Of a stretch of DNA of 64,000 bases, positions 11,301 to 20,984 are shown in pieces. Every line of letters begins with the position of its first letter. The first letter of the stretch is position 1. This DNA comes from a virus (lineage: Duplodnaviria > Caudoviricetes). The stretch covers positions 11,101 through 75,100 of IMG/VR virus record IMGVR_UViG_3300023115_000018. One strand, written 5' to 3'. The notes below the pieces were generated by a model. The model was not told the origin of the DNA. It made no database searches and saw only the letters and a list, made by a program, of their open reading frames with translations. The translations under genes were made by a program, and so were the position numbers.

Positions 11301-12056
11301 TATTGGGTTGGTGCTATTGCAGATGGTGCAAATCCAAGAGATGAAAAAATGGTGATAAATATAACAGGTAAGTATATGTTCTATAAAAACTATACTGGCG
11401 ACCTGCCTACATTGCACACCACATACAGGTCACTAGAAAGGTTTAAGTTTTACTTTACTTCCAGATTCCCTTGGGAAAGGTTGAGACCATTACTATTTAG
11501 TCCTCAGAGAGAAATGGATAATTCTCCATATCTGATAAAACGACCAATTGTAAATGGAAATGGATTGACTCATATTCCTGCAAAGGCAGAAGGCCTTGGG
11601 ATTTGGTATCACTTACCAGTGGATGCAACAGATAATGATTGGATTGCAAATACAGACGGAACAGATCATAATTGGAGAAATACTGTAATTGAAGACATTG
11701 TAAAACTTGCGGATAACAAATATCGTGCAGTTTTAGATTCGTTTATTAATATTTCGCCTGTATTTTTAATAATGAGTGAAGAAGAACCAGATATCCCAAC
11801 TAGAAAAAGACTGGGCCCTACAAATTTAACAATTGAGAGAATAAAATTTAATGATAGATTACAGTCAGGACTTGATTATAACGTAGATAGAATTGACTAT
11901 GACGAAAATTTATTAGACTTGAATACTTTTATAAAGTATCAGGCAGAACATATTCACGATAAGTCAAATGTCGCACCAGAATCGTCTATTGTACTGTATA
12001 ATACGAATCCAACAACAATTGAAGAATTAAATGAACAGATTGTTCTGAAAGACTAA
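5391..12056 (+). CDS. gp7: Baseplate wedge initiator gp7-like protein, enlarged by Ig-like repeats, a LamG domain and a lectin-like domain
   Basis: N-terminal 'QLPTYL...FVRFLELYYEWL', 'FYKQKGSESSYKFLFRALFNEDIEIYYP' and C-terminal 'IHDGYLWQDYSYVVK...WRRIVKKIIHPAGLMMFGE' are typical of marine T4-like gp7. Located between gp6 and gp8. Confidence 0.82.
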   Translation: MDRTNLQNIASRIREQLPTYLNSSEYDNFVRFLELYYEWLALDDNVSNVTGKITSLTDLDETFDVFVQEFKSELAGAWPTITKIKTNTQIATEILQEANNGENAETSIDTTADQEFFTDGVSAKYVMDYFNPFYYFSDQDVDTKVTKIRVFINDVNFAGRVGESLSEVVENLTPPNDDPTGSTGDWVELIEGIDYRLLENSIIFQDENNDPIVHDNRDIIKIRFYLRTFVSPIADADTESAIQKLVEESGKEKTRYTNERNFLKLINKFYKQKGSESSYKFLFRALFNEDIEIYYPKENLLKPSSNTWQTLTSLRTVPYEGPVKINQPLFIEGASSGASANIEYFNDYTLGDYKVREYVISSINGEFSSKETVKIKQIDSSIYEESLYECVVGFEIENPGEDMPRNLTLQNNLSSNGSGYGFAAKIAHTSYGPVENIKIVNNGDQYITGETIEFQNGNTLGSYAIGQISSIQSVKNNFSVSFFQNPESLEYPVMSFDIGLSGYDFGPRAQNPTVTIENIDYLYDDVFYLYDYEDIYNRKITHQAQTFFAAVKDYKTGELSSTYRSSITPVEDPPFIITNLNEGDPTEYRLRTDLEFQVTSVNEFGGITGVSITNNLASPTNVFPQVADVRNQIATYHQGRGVGALFDVTYLDNVITSVTLGSQDNSKHYVPGDFIKIDGEQFYNGVSGVHDIFIKVLTVTGGAAYLNLDASSYTTTSRIGSGAVWDIDTDEPTYPQNLSVLLSDANGQGILSPTTNYIVGDKFTILGSVVGGTDGENDITITVTQVNDEGRIEDFEVFANPIGGHISTFEVLNPTTPMPDGYSYYYAPQYTASTQNGGTSGTGAIFNFIRRDGTTYYVTNPASRFNGINYSVGDSITILGSELGGVDGINDLVFDVIKIDDNGGILQIGNITGTAINSSPENLNKNENLVSVMTNGYGATFDININNGVYTVTPNQPGANYLEGQNFKIKGYKLAHQYLKEGFKAGLAKVGDHALYTDYGWLRSDNIDLKFDTELTNKELTIDFWYFRKSISITDIDSPGGVIFAINSEDGGTQHLTLWQNYDGTIDLIDSSGNTLGARSVPFGEWNHIAVYFSNNGTSIYLNGQLENTIPGVNMLNYSTNSNFYIGARQIVDGNSLVIMNDYTLGFFGAFRMTKGERYIASYESNINLEGDPAAVEAAFDDWYRFSHSGASSYQATPSDLSAWIYNSSTNSIECTANTSSFTGFIGPTPATNLEFESVLSSTSSDDDTLALIIGFVTNGLQPTDAGYKEYTLSAVRNMGGTNPSVGWGLVYNYLQDDQIILETSNVPFISGGWSANGATKVKVIKNGANVYATTSQNGSTSLDSSTTLYVDLSTNPVLNKFEGAIQWGFGAHSQDAANFSLLDASGSSTGVTIEDKGTQNPVSGNGISPEHVNPVPFRQDIRQSSRYLERVDAVGGETVVELFYDANAAVNIFKVTDSIIAPENIPDSFPTNPIDRLIWEWADNYYIWIDGLWKNYVEVDPSEYNATTGTAITFTSPLGAGDIILIRYYGALSDRLEYVIFNSESLVEPNKIRLRKWVDNPQTLDDTMAQYQLPDAHTLTVEWEEIPKSGIETTRLITGGEGYIRYPYGNVARETLSYTSTGKNGVLRGLGKDIGKINRLEIYSNPFREDFDGFGVGYDTPPEIDLSSYGNGQASIKVLTGPLCVREGVYVNQQGFISDDNRIHDGYLWQDYSYVVKVNRYIDEWRRIVKKIIHPAGLMMFGEFTTLTKASVRKGLGVAYRELMFEIIKNVNLRMRNMDGSGSWTYSTAQQTDINDLNSHGYYFVYDNRQLSIDSEIDGLYQGVGTGEISDDTVGAATLDSGSGRYALLDENGNNALRWSDVKKIAINYKDAYGKDYGHYWSSKILGNTFTIYDTSDESMTNDEWINVRPWAKYVVESVELDPDYLDRIAVFDVKIIQSYRELPSTAPQNRVEFRWDNIWRGNVNRQPNYWVGAIADGANPRDEKMVINITGKYMFYKNYTGDLPTLHTTYRSLERFKFYFTSRFPWERLRPLLFSPQREMDNSPYLIKRPIVNGNGLTHIPAKAEGLGIWYHLPVDATDNDWIANTDGTDHNWRNTVIEDIVKLADNKYRAVLDSFINISPVFLIMSEEEPDIPTRKRLGPTNLTIERIKFNDRLQSGLDYNVDRIDYDENLLDLNTFIKYQAEHIHDKSNVAPESSIVLYNTNPTTIEELNEQIVLKD

Positions 12057-12065
12057 AAAATAAAT

Positions 12066-12073
12066 TATAAATA
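12066..12073 (+). promoter_or_regulatory. T4-type late promoter TATAAATA
   Basis: Exact consensus in the intergenic gap, about 33 nt upstream of the gp8 ATG. Confidence 0.8.
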
Positions 12074-12106
12074 GTATAAAATTCATGACACTAAAAAGGT
12101 AAAAAA

Positions 12107-13801
12107 ATGGCAGCGATTATTACAAACAAATTAAGAATTTTCAATGCAATGGAATTCTTACAATCAATTAACAGATCCGCACCTAATTGGAAACCTAACT
12201 ATACCTATGCAGAAGGTGATGTTGTGGTTAACAACCAGAACTCATTTATTGCACTAGGAAATATTAGTGGCACTTCCACAAGTGGTGTTTCTGCTGGTGA
12301 TGGGGATGGTCCAACACCAGATACTCTCCAAGATGGTACTGTACAGTGGGCCCATCAAGGACAATCGGTTTACAATATGCTTTATATGGCAATCGGTAAA
12401 CAAACTCCTTGGTTAAATGATTCAAACCCACCAACACCAGAAGATTCTATTGGTTACTCGTATAGATTTAAATACGATACAATTGCACTTAAGAAAGTCA
12501 ACTACAGTGATATGACTCTTGCAATTCCAAGAATTAACTGGACTTCTGGAAGAGTGTACACTATGTACGAACATGACAATCCAGAAGAAATTATTCCAAA
12601 TGGATATGTAATTGTTGCATCTGGAAATCAATTTAACGTTTATAAGTGTATTAATAACCAAAAATATGATGCTGCTGCCCAAACGGTGACTACAGTTGCT
12701 TCAACAGTACAACCATCAACTACTGGAACTGAAATTGAAGAGACTGCAGATGGTTATAAGTGGAAGTTTATGTATGCAATCGACCTTCAAGATTCTCTTA
12801 AGTTCTTGACAAAAGATTATATTCCAGTTAAAAATCTTCTAGAAGATCCAGTTGCGCCTGGCACCGCTGCTCAGGTACAGTGGGATATCAAACAAGCCGC
12901 ATCTCAACCAAATCCTGGCCAGATTGAACATGTAAAAATTATGCCAAACGAAGAGGGTGGTGCAATTGGTGGAGGATTGGGTTATCATCCAAACATTCAA
13001 CGAACCGCTTCTGTTACACTAACTGGTAATGTTGTTACAATTTCTGGTGTCGATGGTGCGACAGATTATACTGGTTATGATTTAGTAGACCTTGGAAATC
13101 AGGAACAGTTTAGAATTACAAACTGGAGTCTTTCTGGTACAACTGCAACTGCAACTGTAAACGGTTCTTTTACTGGTGGTGCTGGTAGAGATATTCTTAT
13201 TGCGCCCGGCGTTAATATTTCTGGTAATGGTTCTTCTTTCAGTGCATATGGACTTGTCGTAGACCAAAGAATTGAAAAAATTGTTATCACCAGTACTGGT
13301 GCAAATTGGTCTGCTGTAGACAACGCAACTGTAGATGTTGATAATGTTCCAGCATACAATTTCGATGGGACGTTGAATGTTAATGCATGTAAAGTAAAAC
13401 CAATTGTTTCTCCAGAAACTGGACATGGATTTAATCCTGTAGAAGAGTTGGGTGGTTATTATGTAATGACTGCAATAAAACTTGAATATGACGAACAGTC
13501 TACAAGAGAAAATTCTTTGGGGAATTTAGAAACTAAGATTATGTTCCCTGTTGAAGATTCTGAAGCACAGTTTAGACAGATTGCTATTGTCGCTGACCCT
13601 GATGCACAGACTCAGGGCGGTTCTACTCCTGCAAACGAAGAGTCATACAGAGGTCCACAACACCCAGATTTTGGTTCTGCAGATGAAGAAACATTTGATA
13701 TCGTAACTGGTACAGGTAAAGTTCTTTACATCGAAAACCGCCAGCCCGTTTCTAGAGCCATCGATCAAATTGAAGATATTAAAGTAGTATTTGAATTCTA
13801 A
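12107..13801 (+). CDS. gp8: Baseplate wedge subunit gp8
   Basis: 'MAAIITNKLRIFNA', 'IPRINWTSGRVY', 'VYKCINN', 'DGYKWKFMY', 'GHGFNPVEELGG' and 'GKVLYIENRQPVSRAIDQIEDIKVVFEF'. Confidence 0.93.
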   Translation: MAAIITNKLRIFNAMEFLQSINRSAPNWKPNYTYAEGDVVVNNQNSFIALGNISGTSTSGVSAGDGDGPTPDTLQDGTVQWAHQGQSVYNMLYMAIGKQTPWLNDSNPPTPEDSIGYSYRFKYDTIALKKVNYSDMTLAIPRINWTSGRVYTMYEHDNPEEIIPNGYVIVASGNQFNVYKCINNQKYDAAAQTVTTVASTVQPSTTGTEIEETADGYKWKFMYAIDLQDSLKFLTKDYIPVKNLLEDPVAPGTAAQVQWDIKQAASQPNPGQIEHVKIMPNEEGGAIGGGLGYHPNIQRTASVTLTGNVVTISGVDGATDYTGYDLVDLGNQEQFRITNWSLSGTTATATVNGSFTGGAGRDILIAPGVNISGNGSSFSAYGLVVDQRIEKIVITSTGANWSAVDNATVDVDNVPAYNFDGTLNVNACKVKPIVSPETGHGFNPVEELGGYYVMTAIKLEYDEQSTRENSLGNLETKIMFPVEDSEAQFRQIAIVADPDAQTQGGSTPANEESYRGPQHPDFGSADEETFDIVTGTGKVLYIENRQPVSRAIDQIEDIKVVFEF

Positions 13802-13835
13802 TTAAAATAAAAAACCAGTTGAGAGAAGAAGACAC

Positions 13836-16800
13836 ATGGCAATAAATTTAAACGTCACTCCCTATCATGATGACTATGATATCGACAAAGGTTACTTGAG
13901 GGTATTATATAAGCCTGGAAATTCTGTGCAGGCGAGAGAATTAACACAACAACAAACAATTTTACAACAACAAATTGCAAATATGGGAGACCACTTCTTT
14001 AAAGAAGGTTCCATGGTTATCCCTGGCAGTTCTGCTGTTGATGTTGCTGTTCCTTATATTAAAGTAACTCTTGCGGAAGGACTTACCACCGCTGCAGAAT
14101 TTGTCGGTAAAGTAATTCAAGGTAATAAGACAGGGATCAGGGCGATTGTCATTTCTTATGCTGATGCTGTTGATTTAAATCAAGATGCACAGATTGATGA
14201 TAATGATGAACCAACAACACTGTTTGTAAAATATCTTGATGGTGTTGCTGGAGGACAAAGAGTAGTAGATGGTGTTACACTTGAAATTGATGATGAAAAT
14301 GGAATCGATTTTGTTGTTAATGGAAATACTGTAAATTTAAAAGAGGGTGATACTTCATCCTTCGTAGAGGGAGAGGTTCTAACTGCATCAAATGATGATG
14401 GTTTAAATTTAATCGCAACAGTTGCGCTTAGTTCCGACCATGCAGATCCTTTAGGTAAGGGTTCTCTTGCATTTGTTGAAGAGGGAATTTATTACACTCA
14501 GGGATTTATGGTTAAAAATCAATCACAAAGTGTAATTCTAGACAAATATGATGACACTCCTAGTTATAAAATTGGATTTGAAATACAAGAAACAGTTGTA
14601 AGTGCAAATGAAGACCCATCTCTTTTTGATAACGCACAGGGAACAACAAACTACAACGCTCCTGGCGCCGATAGATATCGAATCAATCTCGTATGGAGTA
14701 AAAGAACATTAGATACTCCAACAACAGATAACTTTATAGAAATTATTACCGTTCAAGATGGTATTATTAAAACACATGTAAGAAATACAGAATATTCAGT
14801 AATCACCGATGTACTTGCAAGAAGAACATATGATGAGTCTGGCGATTATACAGTTCGCCCGTTCAATTTAGACATTAGAGAGTATTTCAAAGAAAATGGA
14901 AATGGTGGTGTATACACCATGAAAAATTTTGAATTTGATACTGAAGTTGCTGCGAAAGATTTCGCACTAAAGAATTTTGCAGATGAAGATGGAATGGTAG
15001 ATCAGAATGGAAACGGACTTGCACATACAGTAAGTGCATTAGAACTTGTACAGTTTTCCGATCAAAATTTAGATTCGACTGGATTGAAATATTACCCAGG
15101 CTCAAGTCACCAATTTTTAGTTGATGCAGTAAGAAATTATCTTGCACTTGGTGTTGAGAGTGGAAAGGCCTATGTTAGGGGTTATGAAATTACCAAAACG
15201 GCGACTACATATATTCCTTATAAAAGGTCAAGAGAAAATTATCAAGTAAACAATCACTACATTCCTGTTGATTTAGGCCCATACATCTACATTACAGATG
15301 CAAAAGGACTTCCATTAATAGACGAAGAAGTTAAACTTATTAATGTAAACACTTCTTCGATAATTACTGAAGATTATGTCGTTGTAACATCAAATTTAGA
15401 CGATGCAGATACTGCATATTTCCAACCAGTAACATATGATGAAGATTTAACATTTTTTGCTGGTGGTGGGACTAACTTGGGTGCAAACGCATATGGTATT
15501 GATGTGATTGCAAAGGCAAAAGTTAAGGCAGTAGAATACTTTACAGATTCTGATGATGATGCGATAGACGATAACTATGGAACTTCTACTTTTAGACCTT
15601 CGAATACTTCTGTCGAAACTGGTATCTGGAAAGTTTTTCTGTATGATATTGAATATGAAATTAATCCCAGAACAAATGTACCTTATACTATGTTGGATGC
15701 AAGGTCTATTGTTTCAAACGAAGAAGTTGTTCCAACAACATTAGGTAGTTCAATTTATAGATTTGGTGCTAATGTGTTAACATTGATGTCATTGTCAGAT
15801 GTGCAAGGACAGTTTACACTAAAATCTCTCATCTATGATAGATATGATAGAGATGTAAGAGCAATTAACTATTATTATAACTCTGCAGATCAGTTCCTAC
15901 TGGTAAAGAATCTTAATTCTGGAAATGGATTGACTACAGAATCAGGAGTATTACCTAGTGCAACCTTCGTAACTAATGAGTTAATTAACGAGGCAATTGC
16001 CAGTGGTTCCTCTGGAACAGATACTACATCTTTTGATGGTAATGCGTCTGCTGATATGACAGGAACTCAGGCAAGAATCACTGGTAAATTTGTACTTTTA
16101 TCGGATGGTGGTGCAAGTATTATTGATACTGGTAAAAGATTTTTGCAAACTGTTAGATATGTCGATGATGAAAGTGGAAGAGAAACAGTAGATACTCAAT
16201 ACGATGTACTAAAAGTATTTGAAGATCAAACAGTTACTGCCAATGGACAGATTGTTCTAACCGCAACAGATGATAACTCATATTTCATTTCAACTCAAAG
16301 TTTATATTTGGCATTTGATAGAGCCGATTTAAATTCTTCTGTGGGTGAAATTGGTAGAATTTCAACTATTTCATTTTCTTCTGATAGAAGAACCGCCACT
16401 CTTAATGTCGCAAATTTGGCCGCAGGAACAACTGGTGTTACTGTATACGCACCAATCAAAAAGACTTCTTCCAGAGAAAAAATTAAAACTTTGAGAGAAA
16501 ATCAGTTACATTTGCCTTACACCTTAGTGGATGCAATTGGACAAACAATTGGACAAACTGACTATGATAATGTAAACGATGCAAATAACGATACATCTCT
16601 AAGTTATGATGTAGATTTATTAGGATCAAATTCTAGTGTTGCAACAGGAGTTGTGAATTCTTCAATTCCCACTGGCGCAAATAATGATCTTATTCTTAGT
16701 GTGTCTAATTTTCAATTACCACATTCAGATGTATATGAAATCAAAAAAATATATGACACTTGTAATGTAAACAATACTTCTTATAGAATTTCAATTGAAT

Positions 16801-19800
16801 CAAATGACAGAAAATTCCTACATGAAATGACAGAAGCAGATTTTGAATTTGCATTGAAGGCATATACTTTTTATGAAGCGACTGGTGCTTCGCCCTTTTC
16901 TGTTGATTTAGACCACACTGTGTATCCAACTCTTCTTAGTATTCAACCACAACTCACCATTGATGGTACAGTAAATCCATTTAAAGAAGAAATTGAAGAA
17001 TTATGGTTGAGTAATGTTGGCATCGAAACTCCTGCAGAGGTTCCTGTTAAAATTAATGATATCACTGATAGATATACTTTGTTTTCTGGACAAAGACACT
17101 CCATCATTCAGTTGGGCGAATTAGAATTAAAGGCTGGTACATTACCGTGTGGTGGCCGTCCTATTATTATTTACTCTTATTTTGAACACGGCGCAGGCGA
17201 TTATGCATCCGTAGACTCATATGTTAATATACCATATCATAAAATCCCAAGTTTTGAGGGTGTCCGATTACACAGTACATTAGATTTTAGACCTGCTGCA
17301 GTTTACCAACAATTATCTGGATACCCATATGGCAAAGGTGTAGTTTCTGGAATTTCTGACTACCCAATTGATGCGAGTGCAATTAGTGCAGATTTGCGTA
17401 TCTATTTTGGTAGAGCAGACAAACTTTACATGGATAAGTTTGGAAACATTAATGTAAAATATGGGGCCCCTTCTGAAACTCCTGTTTTTCCAACAGACCC
17501 AGAAGATGGCATGGTATTGTACACATTAGAAACACTTCCATATACTGGTGTTCCTAAAGATGTAAGTGCCAATATGATCGATAACAGAAGATATACTATG
17601 AGAGATATTGGTAAACTTGATAAGAGAATTACTAATTTGGAATATTATACTTCTTTAAATCTTTTAGAAAAAGAAACTAAAGATTTGTTGGTTACAGATG
17701 AAAATGGACTTGATAGATTTAAGAATGGATTTGTAGTTGAAAACTTTACTGGGTTTGGAACTGCAAATGTTTTTGATTCTGATTTCAATGCCTCTATGGA
17801 TACTGGAAAAGGAGAATTGCGTCCATTTTTTACTACCTCAAACATTCCAATGCATTTAGATGTTGTAAACTCTGAGGGATTTGAAGTTTCGGGTAGATGG
17901 GCAACACTCCCATATACGAGTCAGTTATTAATCGAACAAAGAAAATCTTCAAAAACTGTAAATGTAAACCCATTTGCAATTTTTAGTTTTAAGGGTTCTA
18001 TGGTACTTGTGCCTGCGACAGATAACTGGCATGACGATCCAAAGTATTTGGAAGCAAAAGTTATTGAAGAACGAGGAAACACAGATAATTTTGAAGAACT
18101 TGCACAGAGGGCAGGAATTCTTGGAACCGTTTGGGGGTCTTGGGAAACGACATGGACTGGTACAACTAACGAAAATTCTACTACCTCTAGTCGCACCGAG
18201 TCCAGTGGCAATTTTGACCGTACAGTAACAACTACAACTAATACTTGGAATGATACAGGAACAAGAACAAGATCAGGTGTCACAACATCACTTAATCCAA
18301 AATGGACACCAGTTACAACTGATAAACTGGTTAGTACTGAACAAGTTCCATTTATCCGTACTAGAGATGTATATTTTAAAGCCACTGGGATGAAACCAAA
18401 TACAAAGTTGTTTGCATTCTTTGATAACACGCCTGTGAGTGATTATATTACTCCAATAAAAACATTAAATATTACAAATGTTCCACCAGCAACAGCGCAA
18501 TATATTAAAAACAATAGAAATATATTTGCAGATCAATATGGTGAATTGAAATTGCGTGGACAATCTACTGCACATGAAATCTTTGTTGCAGATATTGATT
18601 ATTTGGATGCTACTTCTTTAAAACTTTATGTATTGGAGACTGTGCCTGGTAAAAATAATACTTCTTTCAGTTTAGGAGAGGTTCTATTCTTAGTTGAACG
18701 AGATGGGAAATCTCATAACATGGGAAGCTTCCCAAATGAAGGTATTGTTGGTGGTTCTGCTTTAAGATCAGACTCAGCTGGTACTGTTCACGGTAACTTT
18801 TCAATTCCAAATAACAACCAAACTCCAAATGATGATGATTTAAAATTCAGAACTGGAGAAAGGGTATTTAAGTTATGCGATCAACCAAACGGAAAACTAG
18901 ATGATTCTGATACGGATTCTAGTGCAACATATGCTGCAAGAGGTATTATTGAAACAAGACAATTAACAACTGTAAAAACAAGAACAGTTGAAATCGTTGA
19001 GTCCGCTACCAGTGAAACAGAAAATGTTGTTTCGGAATTGCGTTCCAGTCCAAATACTAGTTTTGGTAATTGGAGACAGGTTCGTGGATGGGGCGACCCA
19101 CTTGCACAATCATTTTTAGTAGATGTAGAGGGTGGGGCCTTTATCACAAGTGCGGAGATTTTCTTCTCTGCAAAAGACGAAGTTGTTCCAGTGACACTGC
19201 AAATAAGAAATATGGTCAATGGATACCCTGGCCAATATGTACTTGGCGAAAAGATGTTAGATCCAAAACAAGATTTAATTCAACTTTCGGATGATGGTTC
19301 TTTAGAAACAATATTTACCTTTGATGAACCAGTATATTTGGAAGAGGCAACAGAATACTGCCTTGTATTAATTGCAAATACGCAAGGATATAGAGTTCAT
19401 GTTGCAACATTAGGACAAGAGGCACTTGATGGATCTGGAATTATTTCAGAACAACCTTATGCTGGTGTTTTCTTTAAATCTCAAAATGCTTCTACATGGA
19501 CTGCAGAACAAAATGAAGATTTAAAATTCACACTTTCTAGAGCAAAATTTGATATTAATAGAGATAGTAGTCTATACTTTACAAATTCCGAAATTGATGT
19601 TGGAATGTCAGACATTAATGTTATGGAGAGAATATTCGATGATAATTCGATGTTTGTCCATAAAGATAGTTCTCTCATTACATTTAAAGTAAATGATAGT
19701 TCTGGGTGTGTTCCTACAAGTTTCTGGCAACCAAACGGATATAATTATGTCACTCTTAAAAATTTCCATGGAACTTACGACCAATATAGTGCTGCAGATT

Positions 19801-20771
19801 TAAATGGTTCGCATTTGGTTGTTGCAACAACTCATAATTCGTTTACTATCGATATGAGAGGTTTTTTCTATCCAGAAGGAGTGCAGTCAGCAAGAATTGC
19901 TCATGGTGGAACTATTCCATCAGTTGACTCTATATTTACTCCTGCATCAAATACATTTTCGCAGTTTAGACAAAAGAAACCAGCTAGTTGGTGTACTAAT
20001 ATTAAATATGATTTAATGAAACCTAACATTACATCTGTTGAACTGGCTGGTACTGGTATTTCGATGAAATTTAAAGCATTGACAGGTACATCGCAGGATT
20101 CGACAGAGGCGCCAGGGGTTAAAGACTTAAGTTTCAGAGGAATTACACCAAATCAAAACTATACATTTAATAGACCAATGATGGTTGCAGACAATTATAA
20201 TGAGACCGTTTTTGATACATCTACGAATTCCCTTGACAAAAAGTCATTGATCTGGAAGATAGACTTAGTTTCTAATAAGGACAATCTGAGTCCTATTATT
20301 GACTTAGAAAGAATTGCTGCCGTATTGGTATCTAATGTAACAAATAGTGCTGAAAATGTCCCTAGTGGAGTTAGAGGACATGTCAATACTGGATTTGTTG
20401 ATGAAACGAGTCCACACGGTGGTTCAGCTGCAACTAAGTATATGACAAGGGAAATTAAATTAGATCAGTCATCAACATCACTAAAAGTTATGGGTTCGGT
20501 TTATCGCCCAGATGTGACGGATGTAGATTTTTATTACAAAATTAAAACATCCCCAGACCAAAATTTTGAAAAACTTGATTATGTACTACTTGACCGTCCC
20601 GCCGTTTATAGTAAGGCATCTAAAGATATTTCAGACTATAAAGAATTTGATTATGAAGTAAGAAACTTGCCAGAATTTAATTCTGTAGCAATCAAAATTG
20701 TTCTTAAGAGTAAAAACTCTAGTGTTGTACCAAAAGTCAGAGACTTTAGAGTTATTGCATTGGCAACTTAA
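13836..20771 (+). CDS. Large virion structural protein (VrlC-like / DUF4815-type) of T4-like phages
   Basis: 'NLNVTPYHDDYD...RVLYKPG..VQARELTQQQTILQ', 'APGADRYRI', 'LARRTYDESGDY', 'RRYTMRDIGKLDKRI..LEYYTSL', 'DPLAQSF' and C-terminal 'VPKVRDFRVIALAT'; follows gp8. Confidence 0.85.
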   Translation: MAINLNVTPYHDDYDIDKGYLRVLYKPGNSVQARELTQQQTILQQQIANMGDHFFKEGSMVIPGSSAVDVAVPYIKVTLAEGLTTAAEFVGKVIQGNKTGIRAIVISYADAVDLNQDAQIDDNDEPTTLFVKYLDGVAGGQRVVDGVTLEIDDENGIDFVVNGNTVNLKEGDTSSFVEGEVLTASNDDGLNLIATVALSSDHADPLGKGSLAFVEEGIYYTQGFMVKNQSQSVILDKYDDTPSYKIGFEIQETVVSANEDPSLFDNAQGTTNYNAPGADRYRINLVWSKRTLDTPTTDNFIEIITVQDGIIKTHVRNTEYSVITDVLARRTYDESGDYTVRPFNLDIREYFKENGNGGVYTMKNFEFDTEVAAKDFALKNFADEDGMVDQNGNGLAHTVSALELVQFSDQNLDSTGLKYYPGSSHQFLVDAVRNYLALGVESGKAYVRGYEITKTATTYIPYKRSRENYQVNNHYIPVDLGPYIYITDAKGLPLIDEEVKLINVNTSSIITEDYVVVTSNLDDADTAYFQPVTYDEDLTFFAGGGTNLGANAYGIDVIAKAKVKAVEYFTDSDDDAIDDNYGTSTFRPSNTSVETGIWKVFLYDIEYEINPRTNVPYTMLDARSIVSNEEVVPTTLGSSIYRFGANVLTLMSLSDVQGQFTLKSLIYDRYDRDVRAINYYYNSADQFLLVKNLNSGNGLTTESGVLPSATFVTNELINEAIASGSSGTDTTSFDGNASADMTGTQARITGKFVLLSDGGASIIDTGKRFLQTVRYVDDESGRETVDTQYDVLKVFEDQTVTANGQIVLTATDDNSYFISTQSLYLAFDRADLNSSVGEIGRISTISFSSDRRTATLNVANLAAGTTGVTVYAPIKKTSSREKIKTLRENQLHLPYTLVDAIGQTIGQTDYDNVNDANNDTSLSYDVDLLGSNSSVATGVVNSSIPTGANNDLILSVSNFQLPHSDVYEIKKIYDTCNVNNTSYRISIESNDRKFLHEMTEADFEFALKAYTFYEATGASPFSVDLDHTVYPTLLSIQPQLTIDGTVNPFKEEIEELWLSNVGIETPAEVPVKINDITDRYTLFSGQRHSIIQLGELELKAGTLPCGGRPIIIYSYFEHGAGDYASVDSYVNIPYHKIPSFEGVRLHSTLDFRPAAVYQQLSGYPYGKGVVSGISDYPIDASAISADLRIYFGRADKLYMDKFGNINVKYGAPSETPVFPTDPEDGMVLYTLETLPYTGVPKDVSANMIDNRRYTMRDIGKLDKRITNLEYYTSLNLLEKETKDLLVTDENGLDRFKNGFVVENFTGFGTANVFDSDFNASMDTGKGELRPFFTTSNIPMHLDVVNSEGFEVSGRWATLPYTSQLLIEQRKSSKTVNVNPFAIFSFKGSMVLVPATDNWHDDPKYLEAKVIEERGNTDNFEELAQRAGILGTVWGSWETTWTGTTNENSTTSSRTESSGNFDRTVTTTTNTWNDTGTRTRSGVTTSLNPKWTPVTTDKLVSTEQVPFIRTRDVYFKATGMKPNTKLFAFFDNTPVSDYITPIKTLNITNVPPATAQYIKNNRNIFADQYGELKLRGQSTAHEIFVADIDYLDATSLKLYVLETVPGKNNTSFSLGEVLFLVERDGKSHNMGSFPNEGIVGGSALRSDSAGTVHGNFSIPNNNQTPNDDDLKFRTGERVFKLCDQPNGKLDDSDTDSSATYAARGIIETRQLTTVKTRTVEIVESATSETENVVSELRSSPNTSFGNWRQVRGWGDPLAQSFLVDVEGGAFITSAEIFFSAKDEVVPVTLQIRNMVNGYPGQYVLGEKMLDPKQDLIQLSDDGSLETIFTFDEPVYLEEATEYCLVLIANTQGYRVHVATLGQEALDGSGIISEQPYAGVFFKSQNASTWTAEQNEDLKFTLSRAKFDINRDSSLYFTNSEIDVGMSDINVMERIFDDNSMFVHKDSSLITFKVNDSSGCVPTSFWQPNGYNYVTLKNFHGTYDQYSAADLNGSHLVVATTHNSFTIDMRGFFYPEGVQSARIAHGGTIPSVDSIFTPASNTFSQFRQKKPASWCTNIKYDLMKPNITSVELAGTGISMKFKALTGTSQDSTEAPGVKDLSFRGITPNQNYTFNRPMMVADNYNETVFDTSTNSLDKKSLIWKIDLVSNKDNLSPIIDLERIAAVLVSNVTNSAENVPSGVRGHVNTGFVDETSPHGGSAATKYMTREIKLDQSSTSLKVMGSVYRPDVTDVDFYYKIKTSPDQNFEKLDYVLLDRPAVYSKASKDISDYKEFDYEVRNLPEFNSVAIKIVLKSKNSSVVPKVRDFRVIALAT

Positions 20772-20783
20772 TTGGAGATTGTA

Positions 20784-20984
20784 ATGAGACTAAAAGTTAA
20801 AGGTAATAAAGACCTTGTTAGAGATACGAACTCGCAAGCGATAATAAATACTGATAACAATGGTTATAATAATTTTATTAGAAGGTCTAATGCACTTAAA
20901 AGGCGTGACGAAGAAATAAGAGACTTACAACAAGAAATGAATGAAATAAAAAACACACTAAACTTAATATTGGAGAAACTTTAA
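20784..20984 (+). CDS. Small conserved coiled-coil protein that typically follows the VrlC-like gene
   Basis: 'KVKGNKDLVRDTNSQAIINTD' plus a C-terminal coiled coil. ATG at 20784 follows a GGAG RBS; the ORF track starts at an upstream TTG. Confidence 0.7.
   Translation: MRLKVKGNKDLVRDTNSQAIINTDNNGYNNFIRRSNALKRRDEEIRDLQQEMNEIKNTLNLILEKL

Noticed and set aside
20772-20783. TTG start for the 70-aa ORF
   Set aside because: The GGAG RBS lies within this segment and fits the in-frame ATG at 20784 better.
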